DNA of 32,391 nt from Utricularia gibba (Eukaryota > Plantae > Magnoliophyta): positions 1 through 32,391 of the forward strand of contig NEEC01000175.1 in the NCBI GenBank assembly GCA_002189035.1. Direction: 5' to 3'. Below the pieces are notes generated by a model. That model worked only from the letters and a program-made list of their open reading frames with translations, did not search any database and was not told the origin of the DNA. Shown in pieces: positions 11,857 to 24,789 of this stretch (positions are counted from its first letter, which is position 1; every line of letters begins with the position of its first letter). A program made the translations under genes and the position numbers.

Positions 11857-14800
11857 TCAAGTTGGCCTTCCCATAGATTCAGGCTGCTGGAGATTCTTTT
11901 TGAACAAGTGCTGGAGCAGAATTTCTAGTATATACCACAGTGGTAAATTTGGAGGAGGGAGCAAGTCCCGTTTTTTATGAAGTAAAGTGAGTACACGTGC
12001 AACAACAAAGAATGCAGCGATTGATCCTACAATCGCAAAAAGCCCCAAGAAGCTATCGAGACCCAGGCTCTCGTGAGAGAATGGGGTAGTTGGACATAGG
12101 CTTGAAGGTACTAACCATTTTTTTTCCATCTGAAACATTTTGTCACTCTCAATGACATTCAGCACTGCCTTTGAAACATCCGATACCAACGGAGACCCAA
12201 TTGGAAACACCTGCAATCAAGAATAATGCACACATAAGTACTAACCACGGCAGAGTGTAAAGTTAAATTTGTTATCCTTTTTTTACTCACGAAGCCAAAA
12301 CCGGCTGTTTTGTAAATAGGACCAATCATAGCGTACTGTGAAGCATAATCAGACAAGAAGACTTTCAAGTATGGGGTTTCATCAAAAGCTGCTGCAATTT
12401 TTCCATTTCCATTGCCAGTCACGAACAACTTATTGAGTTCCTCTGAGCTGTTATATGGTAGCAATCTTGATGTGTCAAAGTTGTTTTTCAAGAGAAATTC
12501 CCTCACAAATGTCCTTTCTTGATAACCAACATAAGCATTATTTTGGATAAGTGTTTTCATATCGGAGATTGAAGGTCGCAGTTGATTGGCAGTTAAAAGT
12601 GAAGCCAAATTAGCCGTGTAGCTTTGTGTGAGGATAAGAATAATAAAAAACCATAGAATCATAATAATCCTAGTGAAATTGCTTCTTATATTCTCCTCTG
12701 CAAAAATGCATTATAAAACAAGTAAGAAAATGATGTTAGTAAAAAATGTATATCAACTTATCTTTCAATAACTTACTTTGAGAAAATACCATAGTTGAAA
12801 AAGAATACCATAGTGCCATTCCTACTTGATGATGAAGAGCACCTCTAAACTCGGTTCCCTCCTCTCCATGCTCTAGGATTAATATCACGACCGCAATGAT
12901 TATGAATGATAAAAAACTTGTCAGCCAGAGTTGCCATGTTAGTGGCCTTAGAAATAACCATGCTTTGTTGTTTTTTATGTGAATATATGGAACAAGCATG
13001 GAAACACCAGATTCTGTATAAGGAAGTGAGAAGTCAACAAATGCTGACCGATTTGCGATTATTGTGATGTCACCAACCAAAGCATCATAATTCTGTTCAT
13101 TTTTCAAAAAGCAAAATAGTCACAATCAATTTAAATAAATAAACCTTTTATAAAATTATGAAAACACACTTACCTTGAGATATATCTCATTTATCATGTC
13201 GTCATAAGTCCCATTAGGTTTCCTGTGAGCTGTGGCAAAAGGAATGTACTCATATTGTACACCATATGGCAATGATTTTATAACTGCATCAAAAATCTCA
13301 ATACAAAATCCTTGTGCATTTGTTGAGTTATCCGGATTCCAACTGACATGGACAAATTCAGGGAAACCATCTTTTACTGGAACCAATACTCGAAGTTTCT
13401 TTTCATTTACTGGCAACACCCATCCTTTAGGTGGAGAAATCCTATCGCCTGGCCATATAATTGTCTTGAACTTACCCTTCAATGTGGATGCTTGAACCGT
13501 TGATTTATGTTCTCTAATAATTCCATCTTCTTCAGTCCAATATCCCACTACTCTAGCTGCTGAGCCAACTATGTTAAGCACCTCATAAGGTGGAGATTGA
13601 AGTTGTTTATCCCTAAATTTAACGTGACCTGCCAACCCTTCAAATGTTGTGTTTGATAGAACTTGAATAAGATCCATGCCAACAGTTGACACGCCCAATT
13701 TTTCAAGGTCGGTGGCATTACTCAGGCCATTTGCATTAAGAATGTTTCATTTCTAATAGATAGTGAAACTTTTTCAATAGCCATGGCTAGTGCAGTTATG
13801 GTATCATATGCCCATAGGCCAATAACTGTGGGTTCCATCGCTCTGTTATGGAGTGGAAATTCTCTTTTGTAATGCGCTTGAAACTTCTGAAGCTTTGATG
13901 TTTTAGGTATATTAGGCCTCACTCCCAAGACTCCTTCCATGGACTCCATAACATCTTGATTCAAGGTATTCAACGGATTCGTCAATGCATCAGTTATAAT
14001 CCATGCATATTCTTCGCTCATCATCCCAAGTTGTTTTACTTTCAAGAAGAAGCGAGAACCAAGAGCCTCGGCCATGTGTACAACAAAAATACGAGTTTGC
14101 ATAGTCATTAGCTTATTAAGCTCAGCAACAATCTGATCATCAGTTGCAGATGAAGGAATCCCACTTCTATAAGGAATGCGGACATCTATTTTTTCCAAAG
14201 CATCACTCAAAAAGGGAAGGATTCCTTGTCCAAACTCATCATCAACATAAACCACTGTCACTTCTCTCCAACTAAAAGCTTGAACTATGGCACTTATGAC
14301 ACTTACTTGTGAAGAATCACTCAAAGTAGTCCTAAAGAAGAATGGGCTTCTAATTGATGTGAGGGAAGGACTTGTGGCTGTAAATGTTATGATAGGCACA
14401 TGTGCCTTATCACCAAGATGTATCACAAAATTTGCCTCCATTGACTTCAATGGTCCGATGATCGCCTCAACTTGAACATTCTTTATTAAGTCTACAACTG
14501 TGGATAATTAAACTAAACAATGCATTTTTCTGTAAAAGATAAAATTAAAAATTAAAAATAAGAAACTGAAACTAATCATTTCTAAGCACACCATTTAATC
14601 CCTAATGATTCACGGTATTAATCTTATGATCTTAAGCTCTAGGGCCTTATATAAACTAGGCCCATGCTCACAAATAACTTAACTAAATAAAAACAACATT
14701 AATCTACTTTATTATCATAGTCCCTCCGAGGAAAATCGATTTTTGACCCGAATTCCTACCAAGTTTCAGAAGGTAAAAGAAATCGGTTTACTTGACCTGC

Positions 14801-15125
14801 ATGTGCTCAGTTTTGTAGAATTTTACGAGGAAATGAAGAACGGGAAGTAAACGAAATAGGACGCACCTGATGAGGCTGCAGCCACAACGTCTCCCGCGGA
14901 GTCCCTCGTCGTAAGAACCAACCTTGTCTGAAAATGTCGATTCTCGGCGTAGAAATCTTCTAAAGCCATATTCATGGCGGCCAAACTCATCTTCCCAACC
15001 TCCATGCTCATGTCGAGCACCACCCCGACCCTCACCGGAACTACCGCCGCCAAGGCGTTCTCCTGCGAGAAGCCGAGTAACACGAGAACCCAACACAAGA
15101 GCAAGTCCCCGAACGCCATTCTCAT
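11857..15125 (-). CDS. GLR2: Glutamate receptor-like channel, clade II (GLR2.x-like), about 886 aa if one 1-bp frameshift is corrected
   Basis: Five exons, all with GT-AG introns: 15125-14867, 14497-13174, 13092-12777, 12697-12291, 12210-11857. Intron phases fit only if exon 2 lacks one base (near 13737). Domains: signal peptide, VRVGVVLD, ATD (VQVEAIIGP, AHVPIITFTATSPSL, LWAYDTITALAMAIE), S1 (YDALVGDITIIANRS..VDFSLPYTESG), M1-M3 (WYSFSTMVFS, SYTANLASLLT), S2 (AAAFDETPY, TAGFGFVFPIGSPLVSDVSKAVL) and M4 (SLGLDSFLGLF). An in-frame upstream ATG at 15197 would add 24 aa. Confidence 0.93.
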
Positions 15126-15538
15126 AGCTGTGTGTGTATGTTTTTCTTCTGGAGAAGAAAATGGGTGTACACAGAAGAGGAGGTACGTAGTAGCCATTTA
15201 TCATCTTCCTCGGTGGGACATGAAGAACCATTTGAAATGACCTTGAGGGTTGAATTTTCAGATCCGGACACTTTGGAACATGACTTTTTAAAAATTTGTT
15301 TTATACTTGTTTCAAAAACATCGTTTCCCATCTAATCCTATAAAATTCATTCATAAATTATAATACAAAATCAGAATCCACCTCATCCTGTACAATGTCC
15401 CATGCCGACAGCATACTCTGAAACCGCCCTTCCCGACCCAATATACCCGTGATGTTTGGATGTAAGAGCATTATCAATAATCTTCAAATGCGCTTTCGAA
15501 TATGAGTAAGCAAGGATGGTTTCCCTTTATTCAACATG

Positions 15539-16009
15539 AGTCAACCCGGGGGACCCAAAAAAGGGTAATGCAGTCATTCAGGGATGATGACAGCCAATCC
15601 GCTAGAGGCGCATTCCTTGACTACTTCAAAGCAAACTCACTGGCGTGCTTCCCTACACAAATAGTACTTCATAATTGTATCAGTTTCCACTTCATTAACC
15701 TGATATTATGGGAAAAAGAGTAGCTGAGGTTTAGGGTTTATGTTTGAAGGGTTATATGATAGCAAAGTATTAATCCCTATTTACAAATTATTGGTCCAAA
15801 TCTAGTTTTGGTGTTTTTTCATGGCCGGAGAAATCCAAGTATAATTTTTGAACACAAATATTGTGTTTAATGTTCAACTTTTCTGGTCTTACTCACAGGA
15901 AATTAGGTGATGTGATGTGTCGCATAGAAATATTAGTCAAAGGTGGTGGCGGTGTTTGGCATTTCGTAGGTTCAGAGAAATAAAAAAACAAGAAAACAGG
16001 AAAACGCGT
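15539..16009. promoter_or_regulatory. Candidate W-boxes and CGCG (CAMTA) box upstream of the GLR
   Basis: TTGACT or its reverse complement at 15539-15544, 15617-15622 and 15935-15940. ACGCGT at 16004-16009. All lie 0.4-0.9 kb upstream of the ATG. Motif matches only; function untested. Confidence 0.35.
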
Positions 16010-16404
16010 TGCTTGAGAGTTGGAGTCACAGGACCAGTGCTTTGCTACACAACAAAATAACTATCACATGATTTAGACATTGTACCCGATTTTTTATGAT
16101 TTATTTTCTCGGTAAAATTAGAAAGGATTTCTAAAAACAAAAAGTATGTATTAAATAACATTGAAATTGATAATTTCCAAAACATTATGAAGATATTTTT
16201 GTAAAAACGGACGAGTCTCCAGCCAAGTACTAAAATTGTGTACACAATTTGGTAAATACATACGACAGAGTACATATATTTACAAAATATTGAAAGTTTT
16301 TTTATTATAAAATTACATGTAATCTCAGTTTTCATTTGTAAACTACCAGACTTCTTCTTTTTTAAATTAGAAATAGCCCATGAGAGCATATCCGTATTTG
16401 TTGG

Positions 16405-17752
16405 TGTTAAGTGTCATTTTCTCACTTTCTTTTATATTGTTTTTATGTTTAGATGTGATTAAAATTGTCTAATTAGGAGTCTATAATATGAGATTTAGGT
16501 TTTTATCTAGTTTAGAGTAATTATTTTAAATTTTGTATTTTTATCTAATATTCTTGTTAGTTTTATTTAAGTTTTTCTAAATATACACACATGGTAGTAA
16601 GTGAGAGAAAAATGGCAATAGATGTAACAAATTGGATCTTTCCGAGCTGACATCCCTTTGATTTCTGGAAGACTGCAGACGCCTAATCATTAACCTTGAC
16701 GTGCGAAATACAAGAGTCTCTGATAGGCGACATCATTAGCATACTAGTGTTAAAGCATAACTTTCGTGCAAGTCACCCCAAGTCCAGTAGAACCACAGGA
16801 ACACAAAAACTAAGACAAAATAGTTCACTCAGTTCAGTTCGGGCAAGTTTGAATGAGACTCAATTCAGTTTAGACTTTTGTTTCTCTCTTTAAAGATTTT
16901 CCTCTAGCTTCTCTCTAGAATATGTTTTCGTTTCCTTTAATTTGTATGGTCATTCGCGACTAGAAACTTCTGTTTCTGGGTTGGGATACTTTCAAATCTA
17001 TATTTTGTTAACTTATCTTCATCTCTTCTTTGAATCCGAACGGGTTCCGTATATCTTCACACGACTATGTTACAGTCTTTTTGTAATAGTCTTCTTCTTC
17101 AAAATTCATGGTTAGCTGATCACTATCTGAGACTTTTGAAAAAGAGTAAGATGGAAAGTACCAACTCACACCTCTTTGGCAAGAGGAAAACAACGTTTTG
17201 TCTGTGGCTGTACCTCAGGATCAATAGACAGATAGTGACCTCGTATATGGACTCATTAGGTCATTGGCAATACTCGGGCACATGTGTGCAATTCGACAAT
17301 AAGGATACGCTGGCAAGACCTCTTATCTTCACGTTCATCCAAGAGGAGCAACATCGGACTATTCCCGTACCTTCTTGCAAGAGAGTGTAAGGGAAAGTAG
17401 GTAATTCCTTATTCCTATAACCAAATACTCGATAAGACTAGAGAAGAGTGAAGACGCAACAAATGTAACTGGACAGGATTCTAAACTCAGGAACATTCGC
17501 TTAATTTAAGGTTCATCGTTTATGTTTATTTCTATTGTTTGTTTAAAACCCTCTTATCTCCTTACTCAAGCTTCATCATTTACGTTTCTCCCATCTTTTA
17601 CTTTCAAAACCGTTTACAAATTGTAATAGTTATATTTGGTGTACCTCATCTTGCACTAAAAAACAACTCTTTGTGTTCGATATTCATAGTTCGCTTTTGT
17701 GTTTTATGAATTTTAAAAATATTAAAATTTGTTATGGAAACGACACGCATCA
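16405..17752 (+). mobile_element. Solo LTR (about 1.35 kb), same family as 4606-5895, opposite orientation
   Basis: Starts TGTTAAGTGTCATTTTCT (18 nt identical to the reverse complement of the 5895 end) and ends AAACGACACGCATCA. The internal block at 17382-17423 matches the reverse complement of 4890-4931 at 37/42, at an equivalent offset (977 vs 964 bp). Degenerate TSD GTTGG/ATTGA (two G/A differences). Confidence 0.8.
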
Positions 17753-18599
17753 ATTGACGTAAATGAACATTGAACAAAATGATTTTCCATGAAAACAAAA
17801 GAATCTATAGTATAATATTTTTAAAATTATAATAAATAATACAATTCATTATTAATAATGATATTAAGAAAACTACACAAGTAAAATAGATAAAAAAATG
17901 TACAAAAATGTAATATAATAAATGATATATGTTATTTATGAAATAAAAAATTAATAATTAATTTTTATATTATTATGATTTATTTACAATTATAAAATAT
18001 TTTTACATAAAAGTAACTATTTTTTACTCGAAATTGTTATAAAAAATACTTTTTTTGTATTTTAAAATGATTTTGAAAATAATGAAGACCAAGTATCATA
18101 TTAAAATTAATAATATTTTTTTTTTATATTAATTATTACAATTATCAATTCTTTTTGTAATTTTTACTTATTAATTATTTTCCATACACATTCAATATCA
18201 CTTTAAATTAATTGGAAATATTTTAATTTTTTGTAATTCAATTTTTTTAATTTATAAGCAATCATAATTATATTCATTAAAATATCATTTATTCATTTGG
18301 AAATTATGAATGAAAAAATGATAACTATAATTATGGATATTTTAAGTATTTGAAAAAAATTTGAATATAATATATATAATTTTAAAATTTTAAAAAATAA
18401 TATTTTCATAGCAAGTCAGCTTTTATAATGTAATAAAAATTAAGAATTAAGTAAAATAAGTAATTTTTATGATGTGATTTTAAAATTGAAATACCATGAT
18501 TTTGCAAAGAAATTTATAAATTTAATATATTTTATCAAAAAAAATAAAAAAATAAAGTAATTACAAATTAAAATGAAAATTCTGGTAAAATACCAATCA

Positions 18600-19300
18600 A
18601 AAGTAGTGACACATTCAAAACACTAATTATCCTGGCGATCAACTTGTAGTAAGAAGGATTGGTAAAGTTAGACTATCTTGAATTATCTTGGTACTTATGT
18701 CAGCTATTGTGATTCATCATCCCCCTCAAACGAGGCTATGGTTAGAGAGTGAGTTTGCTATGAAACATTACCCACATTGACTTTGTGAGAGGTTTGATAA
18801 ACAAATCAACCACTTGAGATGAGACACGCATTAGGTGATTAAGAGATCTTTGGCAACCTTCTCATAAACAAAGTAAGAATCCAGCTCAATATCTTTACTA
18901 TGACGATGAAGAATAGGGTTCATAATCATGTGAACCGCAGCACTAAAGTGTAATAGGAGAAGTGTCTTGGAGTAGATGGCAATTACTTGAGATCATGGAG
19001 CAAGTAATAGAGCCATTGAGTTTCTACAATAGCTTGGGCCATTGAGCGATATTCAACCTTTAGTGCTGGAGTGAGAAACAGTCCTCTACTTGGAAGAGAA
19101 TTAGGAAATATAGTTGTTTCAAAGAAGATGTAGTAACTAGTGACAGAAAGTCGGATGATGGGCAAATCGCCCAATCAATTGTAAGAACCCAAGGGGTAGA
19201 ATGATTACCAGTGTGTGCATTGGGCATATGGGATCGGGATTGCTACTCTAATTAGATTTCTTGTAAGGCTTCGACCAAACAAAAAGAACAATGCATGGTT
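18600..19300 (-). mobile_element. Decayed copia 3' end (RT tail, RNase H, PPT, start of 3' LTR)
   Basis: IDWAICP, R.SVTSYYIFF, VEYRSMAQAIVETQWLYYLLHDL and VSSQVVDLFIKPLTK. PPT-like TTGAGGGGGA at about 18720-18729 is followed by TGATGAATC at 18719. The left boundary is approximate. Confidence 0.75.
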
Positions 19301-20928
19301 TGATGAACCGAATTTTGCTTAGATGAAAATTGAGCACTCAAACAACAAGAATTCTTTGTTTAAAAATATAAGAAAACAACTAGAAACAAAATAACCTTAA
19401 AAGCAAAAGGAAAAGCAAAAAACCCGTAAGTAGGTGAGTGGAATTGATCAAGAAAACATGATCTTCGTTGAGGTAGTTAAGCCATAGAGGGCTATGCAAT
19501 CATGGACCACATTACTGAAGATTTGTTACGAGTTCAGATTTTCCAACAAACTCTCCCTTGAAGTCAGCATCATTCACAAGTCCAAGTTTGCTCCTCAATA
19601 TTGCAAACATACCAACTTAGAGGGGCTTAGTCCACATATCACCTATCTGCAGTTCTGTTGGATAGTATTAAACATGTTTTTGCTGATCATGGAGTAATTC
19701 TCTTATAACACTTGATGGAAATGTGCTTGAAACACAAGATCTTTAATCATGGCAATTGCACTTGAAAAATCACAATGCAATTTAGTCGCCATAATCTACT
19801 CATACCCAAATCTTCTAGCAATTTTTCCAACCATAGTTTGCTGTTAATGAACAACAATATATTCAGCTTATGCCATAGATTGGGAGATCAATCTTTGTTT
19901 TTTTGAACTACAACTGGTCATTAAAGTTCCAATGTGGAGAGTATAACCACTTGAACTCTTGTAATCAACATCACCTACAAAGTTTGAATCTACATAACCT
20001 TCAAGTTGATGAGTTGTATTTGTTATAACAGAGTAGGCCATAATATGTAGTGCTAGCAACATAGCAAATAACTGTTTAACACAAGTGATCAAATTTGTTG
20101 TTGGTTGATGCATGCACTATGAGATAAAATCAATAGTTTGTGCTAAGCCCAGTTTTGTATAAGTTAAAAACATGAGATATTGATCATTGCCTTGATAAGT
20201 ATACTGTTAATATTGGGATTGGTTTGAGTTACAAGATTAGTGGTTTTAGCACCCACTAGGATTTGTGTGTAGAAGCTCTAGTGTCAAAGACCCATTTAGT
20301 AGAACCTACAGTAACATCCAAATGAAGAGCTTGAAAGGATTGGGAAAAAGCCACCATCGATGAGCCATTGGGAAGATACCACCACATTTTGGTGATATGT
20401 CCAAATGTATCACAAATTTGAAAAGTTTCATTTTCGTACAACTACATTCCTTAAGTGTCATATGATGTTTCCTTGGTGGTGGACAGTGAGCTCGATAAGG
20501 TTATTAATGAATTTGTGGGCTGTTGGGATGTTGAGCTTGAAACCCACTACCAACATATGAAAAAGAGATGCTGCAAGTGTTTTTGGATTGGTTTTTTGTC
20601 AATTAACTTGATAGGAGGATGGGATGAGGAGAATGATGAGAAAATTTGTGTTGAGCTCATAAATGTGAAGTTGGGGAATTAATTAAAGTATGTGGGTCTT
20701 GAGAGAATAATTAGTATCGATTGTACACAACAACTAGATGATTGTGTTTCACTCGTAAGATGGCGACAAGGTTTTGAATTTCATCCAAAGACAAGACCTA
20801 TTCTTGCCAAAGAAGATAATTGGTGGAACTGAGCTTGATGGTAGCCATGAGATCTATGAGTGTGGGAAGTTAGTGGTAGGTGTGAGGATCAAAAAAAGTT
20901 ACTCTCATGAGATAACTCTGATACCATG
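19301..20928 (-). mobile_element. Second internally deleted copia element (PBS, gag, protease, RT tail/RNase H, PPT, 3' LTR), apparently nested in the previous one
   Basis: tRNA-iMet PBS TGGTATCAGAGT at 20926-20915, just after a CA end. Gag LSSTNYLLWQE, zinc knuckle/protease FQICDTFGHITKMWW...WVFDTRASTH, and MHQPTT...LEGYVDSNFVGDVDYKSSSGY...SSKKQ. PPT CAAGGGAGAGTT is followed by TGTTGG at 19548, running to TTCATCA at 19301. A matching 5' LTR could not be aligned. Confidence 0.7.
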
Positions 20929-21746
20929 AATCATTCGTAAATGATGGAAGAAAATCCTATTCAATCTTTAGGAAGATTATATTACTAGTTTGTAAATAGA
21001 CTATTTAAAGAGAAATTCTAATGAATGAAAAAGGAATTTAAACTCAATCTTTGTATGAGAGATCATCTCCCAGCAAAAACTCTAGATTTCTTTGATTTAA
21101 TTCATTGACTCCTGCTTGATTGCAATTGTTTATTCAAGGTTACAATAGCATATGGGCTAGGCAATCACCTTATAGTGAGAAGCTATGATATTAGAATTCG
21201 ACCCAAAGGCCTCTAGGCCGAATCTCATTTAAGGGTACGGGATTCTAGTATGGATTTGCACACTTCCTGTATCTCATTATATTAATATTTATAATAAAAA
21301 TTGTGATTGTTTTCACAGTTCATGCCATCGTTCTCATGAACCCACACTTAAAGAAAACCTTAGAACTACAATCATTTCCCTCCAATCGGTAAGAAAGATT
21401 TGTCCTTTTTCTTATTCTTCGATTCCCTTTGCTTAGATTTCACCATGAATTTTTCTTTTAGTCATTTGATGTATTTTGCATCCTACTCTCAATCTCAATT
21501 CTCAACTATTTCATTATGGGTGGCTTCTAATTTTTAATTGCAAGAATAACTACTAGAAAATGAAACTTGCACTAGGTATATAGTTTTAGACTTGAGTGTT
21601 TAACACCAACAACCCTTCCATATGTTTCTTTTTTATTCAACTTTCAAATACTTTTCTTTCTTCTTATTCTTCGTTATGATATTTTTGTTCTATATTTTGA
21701 TATTGTTTGTTTGATTTGTCCCTATTGTTAGGAATTATTGATCATT

Positions 21747-23975
21747 TTGGAAATTTGTCATTATTGTAAGAAAGACAATTTCAAAAGGTGGAAATAAAAT
21801 ATTTAGTTGCAACTATTGCAATGTAGAATTATAGGCTCATATTTCAGAGTTTGAGCTCTTCTAACAAAAACCACTGACCAAGGTGCTAAGATATGTTAAG
21901 CTATTACTCCAACACAACTCAATGAAGTGAAAGCATTAGAAGAATAATCTATTCAAAAAATAGATCAAAATTGGCTTATTGCCTACTATAAGCAATAGAT
22001 TAGGAGAAAGATCTCATACTCCAAGTCTAGATTATGGATCTTCATCTCAAGTATTTTTCTCATCTACTTTAGTTGATGAAGATTGTTAATGTGAAGGAAA
22101 GAAGCACAAACTTGCAAAACAAAAGATATTAGAAGAATTATGGAATATAAAAGATAAGAAAGAAATAGACAATAAAATTGCAAAAGATTTCTACACTAGT
22201 GGTATTCCATTCAAATTTGCATGTTGTGCTTATTTTATTAAAGCAATGTCCTTACTTGATTTAAAAAAAACTACCTGCTAATTAATTTTTAGCATTTTTT
22301 TTACACATCTCATTGTTGTATATTTCTATTTATCATTTATAATACATTTTTATAATATAGGTATTTACCACCCAATTTGATAGTTTGTTAGAAAAACATG
22401 GATAGTGAAAGGAAACACATTGAAAAGTTATTCAATCCTACAGCAAGCACATGGGATTCAAAAGGTATAAACATTGTAACTGATGGTCGAATAGATGTTG
22501 AAAGGAAGACTTTGATTAAATTTATTATTCCAAATGAATCTAGAAGCATTTTTTGGCGAGCATCCAATTGGCCATGTGAAAAGTGGACGCTCTATTGCTT
22601 TATTAATTAGGTAAGTAGTAACTGATGCTAGAGCATTAAATATCGTTCAAATAATAATGGATAATGTTGCAAATTGTAAAGCTTCAAGTCATATGATTGA
22701 AAAAGTATATCTAAAGGTAGTTTAATTTTAATTCAATTTATGTAGATTTATTTAATACATGTAGTATATTTATACCTCTAACACACTATTATATATTTAA
22801 CAATGCAGATTTTGTGAACATTGTGTATTGTTTATACATTAAATCTTATCATGAAGGGACATTTGCTTCCACACCAGCTATATAGGCTAAAGATATTGTT
22901 GGTGAAGTATCCATAATTAAGAATTTTATTATGAATCATAAAAGAAGGTTAGTTATATTTAGAAAATACTCAAGTATATCATTTTTGAAGGTTTCCAAAA
23001 TTAGATTTGCATCTCATGTGATTGTATTATCTTGATTTAAATTTCTTTTCAATTCATTGCAAAAGATGGTTGTTAGTGATAAATGGAATTCATGTGATGA
23101 TGGGGAAAGGAGAAAACTAATTTAGTTAAACAAAGAATATTAGATCGTTATTTATGGACTTGTATTAATTATATTCTTAGAGTTTCATAGCCTATTGTGA
23201 AATATATTAGATTATGTGATATGGGTCAACCCACTCTTTATTTAATTTATGAACAACAGGATATTATGTTGATGAAGGTGAAGTAGGCTATATATTCTTT
23301 TGATAATGGTGAGGAGTACCACTTAATGTTTTGGGTTGATGTCGTAAAAATCATACATGAAAGATGTACACAAAGTCTTACTCCTTTGCATGCTATCGTT
23401 TATTGTTTGAATCCCACGTTAGCTTTCATTTTAATTTCATTGGAGTATTCCTTTCATTCATGAATCAAATGATGTTGCATATTATTTTTATAATCAATGT
23501 TTTATAGGTATGCTACTAAAGAATGGAGAGATCAACATCTAAACTTGCTTGAGATAGAATGTGATTTGGTCCATTCAAAGTTGAAAGATGAGTTCCTCAA
23601 TTGATACTTTCTTGATTCTAGGTTTTAGCAAAAGGAGAAGTGAAAGAAGAATTGACAACTTTTTTGAGGTACTCACATCAATTTGGTGAACCTGAATCTT
23701 TGGTAGATAAACTACATATGAAGCCAATATCATGGTGCTATTCTTGTGGTGTTCAAACATCACATCTTTCACATCTAGCGAAAAGAGTTTATGATTAGCC
23801 TTTTTCTTCTTCTTAAAGTGAAATGAATTGGAATATTTACTCATTCATCCATTCAAAATGAAGAAACAAACTAACCTCAAAAAGGGTGGAAGATTTAGTT
23901 TTTGTGCATAGCAATTTTTGATTTTTTTCAAGGAAAACATCAAAGTACCAATAAGGTATTTAAAAGATGTGGGAT
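21747..23975 (+). mobile_element. Decayed hAT transposase (BED finger, DUF659, dimerisation domain)
   Basis: LWKFVII..KGGNKIFSCNYCN (BED), IAKDFYTSGIPF, STWDSKGINIVTDGRIDVERKTLIKF, NIVQIIMDNVANCKAS, IKNFIMNH, TPLHAIVYCLNP and SEMNWNIYSFIHSK*RNKLTSKRVEDLVFVHSN...KMWDV. Many stops and indels. TIRs and 8-bp TSD not identified. Confidence 0.88.
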
Positions 23976-24789
23976 GTTAACCATTCAAGATCTCTGATAG
24001 ATACAACTATCTTGAATTCGCCAAGCTATCTATTAATAATCCAAAATTTGAGAGTATCATATTTAGTAATGATAATGATGATGAAATTGAAGTTCTACAA
24101 GAGTTTGATGATTGATGAAAATTTCTTACTTCGTTTTGTTAAATATCAGATTATAAGGTGTTTTGATACTTATTATTTTGATCATTGCACTTGATCCATC
24201 TTAATATTTTCTTCTAATCGTAAACTTGTTTTCTATTAGGGTGGGATATTTGTTTTTTGCATTAGATAAAGTCTCAATTTACATTTTAAAATATTAAAAA
24301 TATTATGTGTAACTAGTAAAAGTGGTTTGATTATCTTGACACTTATGTAAGTTGCATTGGTTCATCAATGTCTTCATCTTAAATCACAGAATAAGCTCAA
24401 TTGGTAAGATGGTCTCAAACTTTAGTCCATGGAATGAGGTATCAGTGTAAGCAAACATTGGCTTTATACAAAATGTTGAGAGTAGGGATAGTAAAAAAAG
24501 TCAAACCAATAGACATTCAATCTAGTGGGGAATTGATAGGTTTTATTGAGTTGATGTTTCATAAACTATAACTTACTTTCTATTTCGATGGTTCTTATTT
24601 GAAAAAGAAATCATAAATTTTGAAACAATTGAAACTAAAACCAAATTTTATGATTTCGGTTCGAACCATAGTTTTAATAAACTTATGAAACATTAATTGA
24701 AAAAAAGAAAATTTTATTTTAAATTATAAAAAAGTATTTATTAAATATTAATTATTCAAAATTAATAATTAGATGTGAGCAAATAGTAT

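Noticed and set aside
11751-11875. Possible longer GLR C-tail (EGQLDRASMAMDIQND*NIAGEVENIAKSQPTQDDQANE*) if one G of GGG at 11870-11872 is removed
   Set aside because: It needs both a frameshift and removal of an in-frame TGA (11822-11820), and GLR tails are too variable to judge by eye. I kept the stop at 11857.
14788-15335. Several overlapping ORFs around GLR exon 1 (for example 15231-14788, 14924-15127, 14974-15240)
   Set aside because: Alternative-frame or antisense shadows of a GC-rich exon, with no family motifs.
17760-18600. Extremely AT-rich tract as a possible MITE, Helitron or matrix-attachment region
   Set aside because: No TIRs, hairpin-CTRR end or period could be established.
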